64,000 bases of DNA, taken from NCBI GenBank assembly GCA_903848275.1, contig CAINGB010000025.1, forward strand, positions 4,713-68,712. The letters are read 5' to 3'. The stretch comes from Candidatus Uhrbacteria bacterium (GTDB taxonomy: Bacteria; Patescibacteriota; Patescibacteriia; UBA9934). Every line of letters begins with the position of its first letter. Within the stretch, counting starts at the first letter, position 1. Made by a program: the position numbers and the translations under genes. Below the pieces are notes generated by a model that saw only the letters and a program-made list of their open reading frames with translations, did not search any database and was not told the DNA's origin. This document shows, piece after piece, positions 9,531 through 18,879 of this stretch.

Positions 9531-11363
9531 CTAAGGTGAAACAGGCAAGAGGTCGCAAGTAGCAGACTGAGCGTGGCCGTTGCAGCAGGATGGGCTAGCA
9601 GGATTGACGGCGCAGGCGGCACCGCTAGCGTCTGGACCGTTGGCAGGGACGTAACAGTTTTGGTATTGGTTTTCGATGCCCTGACTGGCCAGAACGCCGT
9701 AGAGATAGGTCTTGCCATCGGTTGAGGCTAAGAAAGTACCGTGTTGAATAGTGGTTTGAGTTTGGGTGGCGGCTTGGTTGACTGGATCGATAACTTCGGC
9801 ACCGGTCTTGTCGAGGCTGACACTACGTGGCAAGAACCACATTTCGTGACTACCGCCGGTTGAAGTCTCTTTGTTGCTCATGCTGACGTTGGCACTGGTG
9901 AGAGACAAGGTACGCATGATGTCGGAGAACGTGATAGTGACGATCTGGTCGAGTGCTTGATCTTCGCCGAGGATGTTGGGAGCGATTGTCGAAATGGTTG
10001 GCCCGACCAAGTTAATGTCGCCCGAGGTTGAGAAGGTCCAATCCGGGAAGTCATCACCAGCTGTGCCGTCCTGGTTACCGTCCAAACTGTTGGCAGCGGC
10101 GTCGGTGATACCGTCATAAGGGAAGCTGTCAGCTTGTGGCGGACTCTTGGTGGTGGTAGCAGCGGCGATTTTGATTGTTAGGTCGTCGTTAGCCGGTAGA
10201 CAGTAGATGGTGGCGCCGCACGAGTTGGTACCGCAGGCATCTGTCGAGGTGAAGGTGATGGTTTTATAGCCGTTGCTCGTTTGGTAGGTACCAGCTTGAG
10301 TAGTGTGGCTGGCGCCGCTAACGGTTTGGATGTTGGAGAAACCGCTAGTTGCCGTGCGAGTACCAGTTGAGGATGTTGGGTCGATGGCTTCATTGAAGGT
10401 GACCTCCACAGAAATGTTACGGTCGAAGGTTTGATTTTGTGCTGGTACGACCGAGACCACGTAAGGTGGGGTCAGATCGATGGTGGTGCCAACGGTGAAG
10501 GACCACTCGTAGCCACCGGAATAGACGCCAGTAAAGGCATCGGCGTTGGCGGCGGTTTTAATGGCGGTATTAAGCGAGACGGTGTAGAGCGTGTTGTCGG
10601 TGGCGGAACCGAGATAACCCTGGGGGATGAAAGTGAAAGTTTTGAGATCGTCAGTAAAATAAACGTCGACGTCGGTGCGGACAGCTTCAAGACCAGTGCT
10701 TGGGTAAACAGAGGAAATAGCAACCATGGAGCTATTAATGAGGGTGCCAGCCGCGGTGTCGTCGGTGATGTCGGTGCCGGTGCCGTTAGTGTTATAGCCG
10801 GTAATAAATGAGGAAATGTCCATTGGCTCAGCAAAAGTGACCATGATGTGGGTGTTGCGGGCGATGTCCGTGGCGTTGCGCTCCGGGTAGTGGTCACGGA
10901 GAATGCCGGCGCCGAGGGAACCAGATAGTGCTTCCACGGAGACGACACCGTTACTCGAGGTATTGTTGCCGGTTCCAGAGCCCGCGCCGAGGGCGTTCAA
11001 AATGAAGGTAGCGATACCGTAAGCGCCGAGAACGATGATGATGCCGATGGTGCCATTAATGAGCGTGCTTTTGGCGCGCTTGATTTTATCTTCGCTACCG
11101 CCGGCAGTCATCCAGAGGACGCCGGCGTAGATAATGAGAATAAGGAATACGACACCGAGCACACCGAGAACGACCGAAATAATGGTACCGATGATAGTTA
11201 ACAGATCTGTATTCGCAAAACCGGCTGTAGCACCGACGTCGGTGAGAGCAGTGGTAGCCGATTGAGCTAAAGCGAAGTGCGGATGAGTAACCACAAAGGC
11301 CGCCAGAGCGGCAGCAAATGTGGTGAATAACGAAGCTCGTTTCAAGATAGAAGAATAGACCAC
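9531..11363 (-). CDS. Pilin-like N-terminus plus Ig-like (Big_5) domain surface protein; start uncertain
   Basis: IYAGVLWMTAGGSEDKIKRAKSTL pilin motif; repeated P..N..I.VTF.E.MD Ig-like modules; paralogous to the N-terminus of the giant gene. Confidence 0.8.
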   Translation of the reverse strand: MVYSSILKRASLFTTFAAALAAFVVTHPHFALAQSATTALTDVGATAGFANTDLLTIIGTIISVVLGVLGVVFLILIIYAGVLWMTAGGSEDKIKRAKSTLINGTIGIIIVLGAYGIATFILNALGAGSGTGNNTSSNGVVSVEALSGSLGAGILRDHYPERNATDIARNTHIMVTFAEPMDISSFITGYNTNGTGTDITDDTAAGTLINSSMVAISSVYPSTGLEAVRTDVDVYFTDDLKTFTFIPQGYLGSATDNTLYTVSLNTAIKTAANADAFTGVYSGGYEWSFTVGTTIDLTPPYVVSVVPAQNQTFDRNISVEVTFNEAIDPTSSTGTRTATSGFSNIQTVSGASHTTQAGTYQTSNGYKTITFTSTDACGTNSCGATIYCLPANDDLTIKIAAATTTKSPPQADSFPYDGITDAAANSLDGNQDGTAGDDFPDWTFSTSGDINLVGPTISTIAPNILGEDQALDQIVTITFSDIMRTLSLTSANVSMSNKETSTGGSHEMWFLPRSVSLDKTGAEVIDPVNQAATQTQTTIQHGTFLASTDGKTYLYGVLASQGIENQYQNCYVPANGPDASGAACAVNPASPSCCNGHAQSATCDLLPVSP

Positions 11364-11426
11364 AGGAAAGATGCAAACTGCAGAACCAATGCTCACAGTA
11401 TACAACACTTTCGAGTGGTGTACGAC

Positions 11427-12527
11427 CTAGGTTGTGGAGAACATTTTAGCGATGGCGGTTTTTAGTTCTATCAGGCCTGTTTTAGCGTGTGCAGAAACTA
11501 AGAGCGCGCAGCTGGCCACGTCGGTCGCGACCGACGTGGCGGGCTTTTTGATGGCGTCGATTTTATTGTAGACCGTGAGTCGTGGGTGATCCGCGATATT
11601 TAATTGTTGCAGCACGTCTTCCACTACCGCCATCTTGGCAACGTACTTAGGATCAGCTACGTCGACGATCTGCAGGAGTAAATCAGCGTTGGCGGCTTCA
11701 GATAAGGTCGAATGGAAAGCGCGGATGAGTTGGGGTGGCAAGCCAGCGATGAAGCCGATGGTGTCGGAGAGCAAAATAGTTTCGTTAAGTTCGGGAATGT
11801 AAACGTCGGCCACGCGGGTGTCGAGAGTGGCGAAGAGTTTATCCGCGGCGTATTCCTGACGCTTGCCGAGGGCGTTTAAGAGCGACGTCTTGCCGGCGTT
11901 GGTGTAGCCAACGAGCGCCACGGTTTTCTTTTCCTGACGACGGCGATGCTGCTGGTGTTGGTCGCGGACGCTTTGGCATTTTTCGAGCTTCTGCAAAATC
12001 TGTTTTTCTTGCTCGCGCAAGTGACGCTTCATGGCTTCTGTGTTGCCTTCCCCACTACCACCGACCGTACCACGACCGCCGCGCTGCCGGCCCAATTCCG
12101 CACCCATGTTGAAAATGCGCGGACCCATGTGGCGCAAACGTGCCAGCTCGATTTCTAATTTGGCCTCGCTCGTCTTGGCGTGTTTGTCGAAGATGTTGAG
12201 GATGAGGTCGATGCGATCCCAGACCTGGATTTTGGCGCCACGCAATAGCTCTTCGAGGTTGAAGATCTGCTGAGGCTTGAGGACTTCGTTGATAATCAAA
12301 AGATCGGCGCCGAGGAGCTTGCCTTCTGCCACGATCTCCTCCACCTTGCCGCTGCCGATGTAGGTGCGATTGTCCGGCTTAGCGCGACGCTGGACAGTTC
12401 TAACTACGGCGACCCCACCGTAAGTTTTGGTGAGCTCCTCAAGCTCGGCCAAGCGCTCTAAAGCCTCGGCCTTCGGCACGGTGAAATGAACGAGGTCAGC
12501 GAGGATAGCGCGGCGGAGAGTGGGCAT
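11427..12527 (-). CDS. hflX: GTPase HflX
   Basis: YIGSGKVEE, DRIDLILNIF, G1 GYTNAGKT, LFATLD, DTIGFI, NKID. Confidence 0.95.
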   Translation of the reverse strand: MPTLRRAILADLVHFTVPKAEALERLAELEELTKTYGGVAVVRTVQRRAKPDNRTYIGSGKVEEIVAEGKLLGADLLIINEVLKPQQIFNLEELLRGAKIQVWDRIDLILNIFDKHAKTSEAKLEIELARLRHMGPRIFNMGAELGRQRGGRGTVGGSGEGNTEAMKRHLREQEKQILQKLEKCQSVRDQHQQHRRRQEKKTVALVGYTNAGKTSLLNALGKRQEYAADKLFATLDTRVADVYIPELNETILLSDTIGFIAGLPPQLIRAFHSTLSEAANADLLLQIVDVADPKYVAKMAVVEDVLQQLNIADHPRLTVYNKIDAIKKPATSVATDVASCALLVSAHAKTGLIELKTAIAKMFSTT

Positions 12528-12528
12528 A

Positions 12529-13074
12529 TTATTTAGTAGATTTTATCTTTTTGATGGCTCGCGCTACAGAAAATACAAACTCCAAATCTTTTGTTGAGTA
12601 TTCTGAGTCTATAGCAGTCAGGGTTCCTATATGTAGGCGATTTCGCAGAATTCGTACTTTGTCAACATCTTTATAAATCTGTTCGTTGATAACTGAGTGA
12701 TCCCGACAAAGAGTGTTAATATCACCTAAATTTAATTTACCTAGCTTTACATGTTCTATGCTCACTACATGAGAGCCTAAAACGATGCGATCTTGATTAT
12801 TAATTTTATAAAGTTCTCTGGAAATCTTAAAGCTTTTTGTTTCTCTAGTTAAATTTTCTTCAGAGACCATGCTCTTCAAAAACCAAACCAGTAGTGCTTC
12901 GATAATTGAAGCGGTATAAACAATAGCAGTTTTCCTAAAGCTACTTCTGAGCGAAGAGGTGTATGTTGGTAAATCTGATAGATATACTAATTCCATCAAA
13001 TGCTCAAATGCAGTGTAGATGTTTCCCCTTAGAATGTCGTCTTCAACAAAAGAAAAATTGGACATTCTAGACAT
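12529..13074 (-). CDS. AT-rich hypothetical protein, HEPN-like helical domain
   Basis: AIVYTASIIEALL helix and RILRNRLH (Rx4-6H) motif; low GC relative to flanking genes. Confidence 0.6.
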   Translation of the reverse strand: MSRMSNFSFVEDDILRGNIYTAFEHLMELVYLSDLPTYTSSLRSSFRKTAIVYTASIIEALLVWFLKSMVSEENLTRETKSFKISRELYKINNQDRIVLGSHVVSIEHVKLGKLNLGDINTLCRDHSVINEQIYKDVDKVRILRNRLHIGTLTAIDSEYSTKDLEFVFSVARAIKKIKSTK

Positions 13075-13089
13075 AAATAATATTACAGC

Positions 13090-13263
13090 CTAGGCATCCT
13101 GTAGCATACCGGCCAATGAAGGATAGCCTTTCTCAATAAAAAACTCGCCAAGTTTTTTCTCTGAATGAGCACCAAAATCAGTTCCGAGTTTTTTAGCGAT
13201 GACACTAATTTTAGTATCGAACTTATATATTTCCTCTCGAGTCTTAATTGCCTTCTTTTTCAT
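13090..13263 (-). CDS. 57-aa small protein (not in ORF track), upstream partner of the HEPN-like gene
   Basis: Hand translation MKKKAIKTREEIYKFDTKISVIAKKLGTDFGAHSEKKLGEFFIEKGYPSLAGMLQDA*; TATAGT 8 nt upstream of ATG. Confidence 0.65.
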   Translation of the reverse strand: MKKKAIKTREEIYKFDTKISVIAKKLGTDFGAHSEKKLGEFFIEKGYPSLAGMLQDA

Positions 13264-13301
13264 ATAACTAAACTATACCAAGATGGTTCTAAGTGGACAA
13301 A

Positions 13302-13760
13302 TTAACCTTTAAGAACTTTATCCACCATTTGCTTAATGCGAGAGCCGTCGGCCATGTCCTTCAGCTTGCCCATAAGAGTGCCCATGGCTTTGCCGAGGTC
13401 GGCCGCAGAGGTGATACCGAGAGCGGCGAGTTCAGCGCGGACTTTGGCTTCTAGTTCACCGTCGGTGATTTGAGCTGGGAGATATTTTTCCAGGATGGCG
13501 ATTTCTTTGCGGGCGGCGTCGGCGAGATCGGCACGAGCGGCGGTGACGAATGATTCGAGACCGTCCTTCAATTTCTTGACGTCGCTCTTGATGACAGCCA
13601 TGACGTCGGCGTCGGCAATTTCCTGACTGGCGACGGTGCCGGCTTCGATCATCTTGTTCTTAATGCTCGAGATGAGCATGCGGATGGTGTCGAGCGTGGC
13701 ACTGTCATGAGCTTTCATGGCGGACTTCATGTCTTCGCGGATTTGTTCGTAGAGGGTCAT
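13302..13760 (-). CDS. yqeY: GatB/YqeY domain protein
   Basis: LYEQIREDMKSAMKA, EIAILEKYLP, DLGKAMG. Confidence 0.9.
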   Translation of the reverse strand: MTLYEQIREDMKSAMKAHDSATLDTIRMLISSIKNKMIEAGTVASQEIADADVMAVIKSDVKKLKDGLESFVTAARADLADAARKEIAILEKYLPAQITDGELEAKVRAELAALGITSAADLGKAMGTLMGKLKDMADGSRIKQMVDKVLKG

Positions 13761-13767
13761 AAAATAC

Positions 13768-13794
13768 AAAACAGGGGAATTAATCCCCTGTTTT
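13768..13794 (-). terminator. Intrinsic terminator after rpsU
   Basis: aaaacagggga-atta-atcccctgtttt inverted repeat. Confidence 0.7.
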
Positions 13795-13804
13795 ATACCA
13801 TCTT

Positions 13805-14059
13805 TTATTGACGACGGCGAGACTGTTGCATGTCTTCTTCCTTTACCTTGCCAGTTTTAAGCAAGTATTCGCGTTTAGCACCCATTTCTAAGCGGCGGAT
13901 AGCGCTGCCATGTTTACGGGTTTTGCTTGGGGCTTTGGCGTGATAGCGGGAGGCGCGCACGGTCAAAACCTTACCACTTTGCTGAATGCGACGTGAAAAG
14001 CGACGGAAAACCGCCTCAAAACTCTCGCCTTTTTTGCGTTTTACTTCAATTGTAGCCAT
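13805..14059 (-). CDS. rpsU: 30S ribosomal protein bS21
   Basis: MATIEVKRKKGESFEAVFRRFSRRIQQSG; AAGGAAGG upstream. Confidence 0.85.
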   Translation of the reverse strand: MATIEVKRKKGESFEAVFRRFSRRIQQSGKVLTVRASRYHAKAPSKTRKHGSAIRRLEMGAKREYLLKTGKVKEEDMQQSRRRQ

Positions 14060-14093
14060 GAATATACCTTCCTTTCTATTGTTGGATGGGTGG

Positions 14094-14122
14094 ATAGTAC
14101 CGTAAAGGGAGGGTTTGGTCAA
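14094..14122 (-). promoter_or_regulatory. sigma70 promoter for rpsU
   Basis: TTGACC-N17-TACTAT on minus strand. Confidence 0.6.
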
Positions 14123-14124
14123 CC

Positions 14125-15630
14125 TTAGTGCCTACCAAAGAGCTTGCGCTTCTTTTGGATTGGTTCTGGGGCTTTTGGCGCTGGGGCCTTTTTGACCTCC
14201 TCGACAACTGGAACGATGCCGGCTTCGAGATTTTCAGCAGCGATAGCGGTCTTCTCCACGAGTGAGAGCTTGTTCTTGGCGACAATGCGGCGAGCTAGGA
14301 GACCGACCACCTTCTCGATGTCGACAATTTCCTGGGCGCCGGAGTCCATGTCGCGAACAATGATGGTGCCGTCGAGAACTTCCTTTTGACCGAGGATAAG
14401 GGCCATCTTGGCTTTGAGTTTGTCGGCCACTTCGAGCTGAGCTTTTAATGAGCCTTTACCGAAGGCTTCGGCACAACTCATGCCACCGACGCGGATCTTT
14501 TCAAAAACGGCCAAACCCTTGCGACGAGCAGCTTCGCCCAGCTGACAGAAGAAAATGTCGACGCGACGTTCTTCTGCTAACTGGAAAACGCCGGACTGTT
14601 TCATAGCGAGGATGGTTCTGTCGACGCCCAAACCAGCACCCATGGCACCGGTATTCTCGCGACCACCGAGCATTGGGACCAAGCCGTCATAGCGACCACC
14701 GCCACCGAGAGCCAGGCCTTTCATTTCCTCATTCTTGGGGTTCAACATGTAAACCTCGAAGATGCTGTGGGTGTAGTAATCGAGGCCGCGGACCAAGTGT
14801 GGATCAAGCACGTAAGGCACTTCTGCTTCGTCGAGATATTCCAAGGCCTTCATGAAGTGAGCCTTGCTCTCAGCGTCCAAGTAGTCAATGATTTGGGGGG
14901 CGCCGGCCTTCAGCTCGTTCATGCCTGGCTCCTTAGAGTCGAGCAAACGAAGTGGGTTTTTGAGCATGCGCTTCTTATCGAGTTCGGAGAGCTTGTTCTT
15001 GTGTTGCTTGAAGTAGCTCAGCAATTCGCTGATGTAGTCCTTGCGGGAAGCTGGGGTACCGAGGGAATTAACGTGGAGAATGACCTCGACGCCGAGCTCG
15101 CGGTAAAAACGGTGAGCCATGAGCATGACTTGGGCGTCGATGATTGGATCGATGGAACCCAAAGCCTCGAGACCAAACTGTTGCAACTGGCGATAACGGC
15201 CGAACTGTGGGCGGTCATGACGGAAGAATTGCTCGAAGTACCAGAGCTTCACTGGCTGAGGTTGGTTGACCATGCCGTGTTCAATGTAAGCGCGAGCAAC
15301 TTGAGCGGTGCCTTCAGGACGCATGGCCACGCGGTCACCGCCTGGATCTTCAAACGTGTACATTTCCTTAGTCACGACGTCGCTCTCTTTGCCGGCGGTG
15401 CGCTCAAATAAAGCAGCATTTTCCAGGACCGGCAAACGAATGCGATTGAAGCTATAGGACTTGGTGAGACTGGCGGCCACGGTTTCGACGCGGTCCCAGA
15501 ACCATTGTTCGTCGGGCAAAACGTCGCGGAAACCACGGACGAGTTCGGGGGTCTTGCTCTTCTTTTTGGATTCAACTGGAGCACCAGCTGAGCTGGGCTT
15601 CGCGGCGGCGACGATGGTGGGCTTTGGCAT
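14125..15630 (-). CDS. hisS: Histidine--tRNA ligase
   Basis: RGFRD, KEMYTF, RPEGTA, FRHDRPQFGRYRQ, LVRGLDYY, GGGRYDGL. Confidence 0.97.
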   Translation of the reverse strand: MPKPTIVAAAKPSSAGAPVESKKKSKTPELVRGFRDVLPDEQWFWDRVETVAASLTKSYSFNRIRLPVLENAALFERTAGKESDVVTKEMYTFEDPGGDRVAMRPEGTAQVARAYIEHGMVNQPQPVKLWYFEQFFRHDRPQFGRYRQLQQFGLEALGSIDPIIDAQVMLMAHRFYRELGVEVILHVNSLGTPASRKDYISELLSYFKQHKNKLSELDKKRMLKNPLRLLDSKEPGMNELKAGAPQIIDYLDAESKAHFMKALEYLDEAEVPYVLDPHLVRGLDYYTHSIFEVYMLNPKNEEMKGLALGGGGRYDGLVPMLGGRENTGAMGAGLGVDRTILAMKQSGVFQLAEERRVDIFFCQLGEAARRKGLAVFEKIRVGGMSCAEAFGKGSLKAQLEVADKLKAKMALILGQKEVLDGTIIVRDMDSGAQEIVDIEKVVGLLARRIVAKNKLSLVEKTAIAAENLEAGIVPVVEEVKKAPAPKAPEPIQKKRKLFGRH

Positions 15631-15642
15631 AGTAATTATCAA

Positions 15643-16275
15643 CTAGAAATTATATTGGGGAGCGGCGAAGGTGCCAAGGCGGTCGAGCGGGAAACCACGA
15701 ATCCAGACGCGGCCAATGAAGTTCTCAAACGGGATGGTACCAATGATGCGCGAGTCGAGGCTGGCGCCGCGGTTGTCGCCCATGACGAAGTATTGGCCAG
15801 CTGGCACAACAACTTTTTGTGGGTTGCCGGTTGTTTGTGTTTCGTAGCTTTCGTCGAGCACGATGCCATTTGGATGCTCTGTGTTACTGATAGTGATTTT
15901 ACCATCTTTCACTTCTACTGTTTCGCCGGGTAAACCAATGATGCGTTTAATATAGTATTGGTCGCTCTCGCCGACTGCACCAGTGGCCGTGTGCTGCGGT
16001 GGATGAAAGACGATGACTTCGCCACGTACCGGAGCGCGCAAGCGGAAGGACATTTCGTCGACGATGAGATACTCCTTATCATGGAAGGTTGGATCCATGC
16101 TGGCACCTTTGACGACGAACGGTTGAATGAGGAAATAACGAACGATGAAAATGATAACCACGGCGACGATGATGATTTTGCCGATTTCGATCAAGAAAGC
16201 GACGACGGGGTTCTTGAAGAAGCTTCGGCCTGGCACTGGTCCCGCTCCGGCTGTCTCTGGAGTTAGCTCATTCAT
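15643..16275 (-). CDS. lepB: Signal peptidase I
   Basis: TM helix, GASMDPT (catalytic Ser), YIKRIIGLPGE (Lys), GDNRGASLDSR. Confidence 0.95.
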   Translation of the reverse strand: MNELTPETAGAGPVPGRSFFKNPVVAFLIEIGKIIIVAVVIIFIVRYFLIQPFVVKGASMDPTFHDKEYLIVDEMSFRLRAPVRGEVIVFHPPQHTATGAVGESDQYYIKRIIGLPGETVEVKDGKITISNTEHPNGIVLDESYETQTTGNPQKVVVPAGQYFVMGDNRGASLDSRIIGTIPFENFIGRVWIRGFPLDRLGTFAAPQYNF

Positions 16276-16373
16276 AGGGAAATATGCAAAATTACTCACA
16301 GTATAGCACAAAATAGGAAAAAATCAAGTATGGCATGATTACAAAAAAACAGCCACCGAAGTGACTGATTTTT

Positions 16374-16450
16374 TGGTGGACATTGGTGGGCTCGAACCAC
16401 CGACCTCTGTCGTGTGAGGACAGCGCTCTAACCAACTGAGCTAAATATCC
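16374..16450 (-). tRNA. tRNA-Val(CAC)
   Basis: GGATATTTAGCTCAGTTGGTTAGAGC..CTGTC-CTCACAC-GACAG..GGTTCGAGCCC..AATGTCC-A-CCA cloverleaf. Confidence 0.95.
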
Positions 16451-16518
16451 GTGTATATAACTTCCTGAATTGGCCTTAATTCAGAACGAGGCAATAATAG
16501 TGTTTCGGTTGATAAAAA

Positions 16519-17136
16519 TCAAGTCCTGCGTCTTTTAGTTAGACTGATTTGGATAACGCGGCTCATCGGCCTGTAGTCTTGCTTCATGCCGACTATACAG
16601 GCTTCGATGTAAGCTCTTTGACTGCTCTTTTTCCAAGCTATTTGCTGATAACCAATGCGTGTAGCTATAACATCTAAAAATAAACGAATTGTTCGGCCGT
16701 TGCCTTCACGAAAGGGGTGAATAGCATTGAGTTCGCAATGGATGAGGGCGAGCTTGTCAGTAATCTGCTTCTTAGTGTCATCGATGGAAGGAATATTCTG
16801 CCTGAGAATGCGATCGAAATCTGCTAGAGCCGAGCCGATAAAATTAGCCGAACAGAACATGGCGTCACCCTTACTAATATTTACGGTACGAATTTTACCG
16901 GCCCAGACATAAAGAGGTTCCAGAAAATAATAGTGAATTTTTAATAAAAATGAAACATCGATAACTTTAGGAATGGCGGCATTGGGTCCTAAAAAATATT
17001 CTTTAGCATCTAAGTAAAGAATAGCCTCAGTGTTCTCGAGTTTGGCTTGGTCTTTAATACTGAGTTTATTTTTCAGAACGCCATCTTCCATGCCAGCCTC
17101 GCCGGCAGTCGAACTATACCGAGAAGGCGCGGCCAT
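16519..17136 (-). CDS. Fic domain AMPylase (FicT-type toxin)
   Basis: Canonical HPFREGNGRTIR motif; GVLKNKL and YVWAGKIRTVNISKG. Confidence 0.92.
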   Translation of the reverse strand: MAAPSRYSSTAGEAGMEDGVLKNKLSIKDQAKLENTEAILYLDAKEYFLGPNAAIPKVIDVSFLLKIHYYFLEPLYVWAGKIRTVNISKGDAMFCSANFIGSALADFDRILRQNIPSIDDTKKQITDKLALIHCELNAIHPFREGNGRTIRLFLDVIATRIGYQQIAWKKSSQRAYIEACIVGMKQDYRPMSRVIQISLTKRRRT

Positions 17137-17272
17137 ATTGTTTGAGTTTTTTTATGGTGGCAGTGTCTTTTAAGGCGCGGCGTAAACTGATGCCTTCCAT
17201 CTTTAACGATTGTGCAGCCGAAGCACGTATTGCCCTCTTACTAATGACTCTTCGTTTGTTGAGTGCTTTCAT
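17114..17272 (-). CDS. 52-aa FicA/VbhA-like antitoxin (not in ORF track)
   Basis: MKALNKRRVISKRAIRASAAQSLKMEGISLRRALKD...; SLKMEG matches (S/T)xxxE(G/N); overlaps the fic start. Confidence 0.8.
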   Translation of the reverse strand: MKALNKRRVISKRAIRASAAQSLKMEGISLRRALKDTATIKKLKQYGRAFSV

Positions 17273-17371
17273 ACAGTCGCTTTTATTAGCTTAATTATAC
17301 CAGAAATTAGGGTGATAGGCAACCGTGCTGCGTTGTTTAATTCTGATGATTCAGCTATACTCCCAGTAGTT

Positions 17372-18874
17372 ATGTCAGACCAACATTCCGTCGATTTTTT
17401 GCAGCAAAAGTACGAAGTGCCGGTGGAACGCGTAGTGCGGGCCAAGGTTTCGCGTACCGGCCGATATATTGCCGGATTTTTAGTTATTGGCGCGGTGGTG
17501 GGAACCTTTTTTTCTTATAAGTTGGCGCAAATCACGCACGGCGATGAGTCTGACGTGGGTAGTTTGAGTATCTTCTCCACCATTACCTCAAGCATCTCGC
17601 ATCTGGTCGGAAGTCCTGACCGACCGCTAGTTGGCGAGGAAACCGATCGCATCAATTTTTTGCTGATGGGTGTCGGCGGCACTGGACATGATGGTGCACA
17701 ATTGGCGGATACAATTATGTTCGGCAGTTTTAAGCCAAGTACAGCTGAATTGGGTTTGCTCTCAATTCCCCGCGACCTGTACGTAGCCATTCCGGGCTAC
17801 AGCAGCGGCAAGATTAACCACGCCAACGCTTACGGCGAAATGAATGGCACGGGACAGGGTTTAAAGCTGGGGAGCGACGTGGTGAGTAGCGTCGTCGGCC
17901 AACCGATTGATTATACGATTCGCGTCGACTTTGACGGCTTTTCTAAATTGATTGACCAGTTGGGTGGCGTGAATGTTTACATTGATAAGAGTTTTGATGA
18001 CTACCAATTTCCGGAATACGAAGGCTCGCCAACCTACAAGACTCTCCATTTTGTGCAAGGTTATACCCATATGAACGGGGCCGAGGCTTTGGATTACGCC
18101 CGTTCACGACACGGCAACAACGGCGAGGGTACCGATTACGCCCGCGCTGCTCGTCAGCAGAAAATTTTAATGGCGGCTAAAGAGCAAGCTCTGTCGCTTG
18201 GTGTTTTGTTGAATCCGGTTAAACTAACTAAACTTTTCAGCACACTCAGTAGTCATATCGCTACCAATCTCTCAGTCTGGGAGATGATCAAGATGGCCAA
18301 GTATGTGCCGAGCATTGACCCTAAAGCGGTGGCCATGCAGGTGCTCGATACTAGCCCAGGCAGTCCCCTTTACAGCACGACCACGGAAACGGCGGGCTTC
18401 ATTATTTTGCCAAAGAGCGACAATTGGAGCGATATTCAGAAGATTGCGGCCAATATGTTCGTGTCAGCCGGAGCTAAAGCCAGCACTAGTGTACCTGTAG
18501 CTGCGGCTGCTACGCCAGTTGTTAAGGTAGAAATCCAGAACGGGACCGAAGTTTCCGGCCTGGCTTATCAAACGGCAGCTCGTTTAACAGGCTCGAGCTA
18601 TGAGGTGGTCAGTGTGGGCAATGCCACCGACAGAACAGTGGCCAAAACAACTATCTACGACCTGACCAACGGCCGAAAAGCCGCTGAATTGGCAACGTTA
18701 AAGCAGTTTTTGGGAGCTGATGTGGTCCTGACTGGCGAGGGCTGGACTTATGCAGACAACGTGGTGCCGACCAAACTGCAAACGATTTCCAGTAGCGATA
18801 CGGCTAAAACAAGCGAAAAAGTTGACTTTTTGATTATAGTGGGTCAAGATGCGACTTCTCTCGTATTGAAATAA
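17372..18874 (+). CDS. LCP (LytR-CpsA-Psr) family protein with LytR_C domain
   Basis: TM helix; DTIM, SIPRDLYV, KINHA, ALDYARSR, RAARQQKI; C-terminal VEIQNGT. Confidence 0.92.
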   Translation: MSDQHSVDFLQQKYEVPVERVVRAKVSRTGRYIAGFLVIGAVVGTFFSYKLAQITHGDESDVGSLSIFSTITSSISHLVGSPDRPLVGEETDRINFLLMGVGGTGHDGAQLADTIMFGSFKPSTAELGLLSIPRDLYVAIPGYSSGKINHANAYGEMNGTGQGLKLGSDVVSSVVGQPIDYTIRVDFDGFSKLIDQLGGVNVYIDKSFDDYQFPEYEGSPTYKTLHFVQGYTHMNGAEALDYARSRHGNNGEGTDYARAARQQKILMAAKEQALSLGVLLNPVKLTKLFSTLSSHIATNLSVWEMIKMAKYVPSIDPKAVAMQVLDTSPGSPLYSTTTETAGFIILPKSDNWSDIQKIAANMFVSAGAKASTSVPVAAAATPVVKVEIQNGTEVSGLAYQTAARLTGSSYEVVSVGNATDRTVAKTTIYDLTNGRKAAELATLKQFLGADVVLTGEGWTYADNVVPTKLQTISSSDTAKTSEKVDFLIIVGQDATSLVLK

Positions 18875-18879
18875 GTCGT

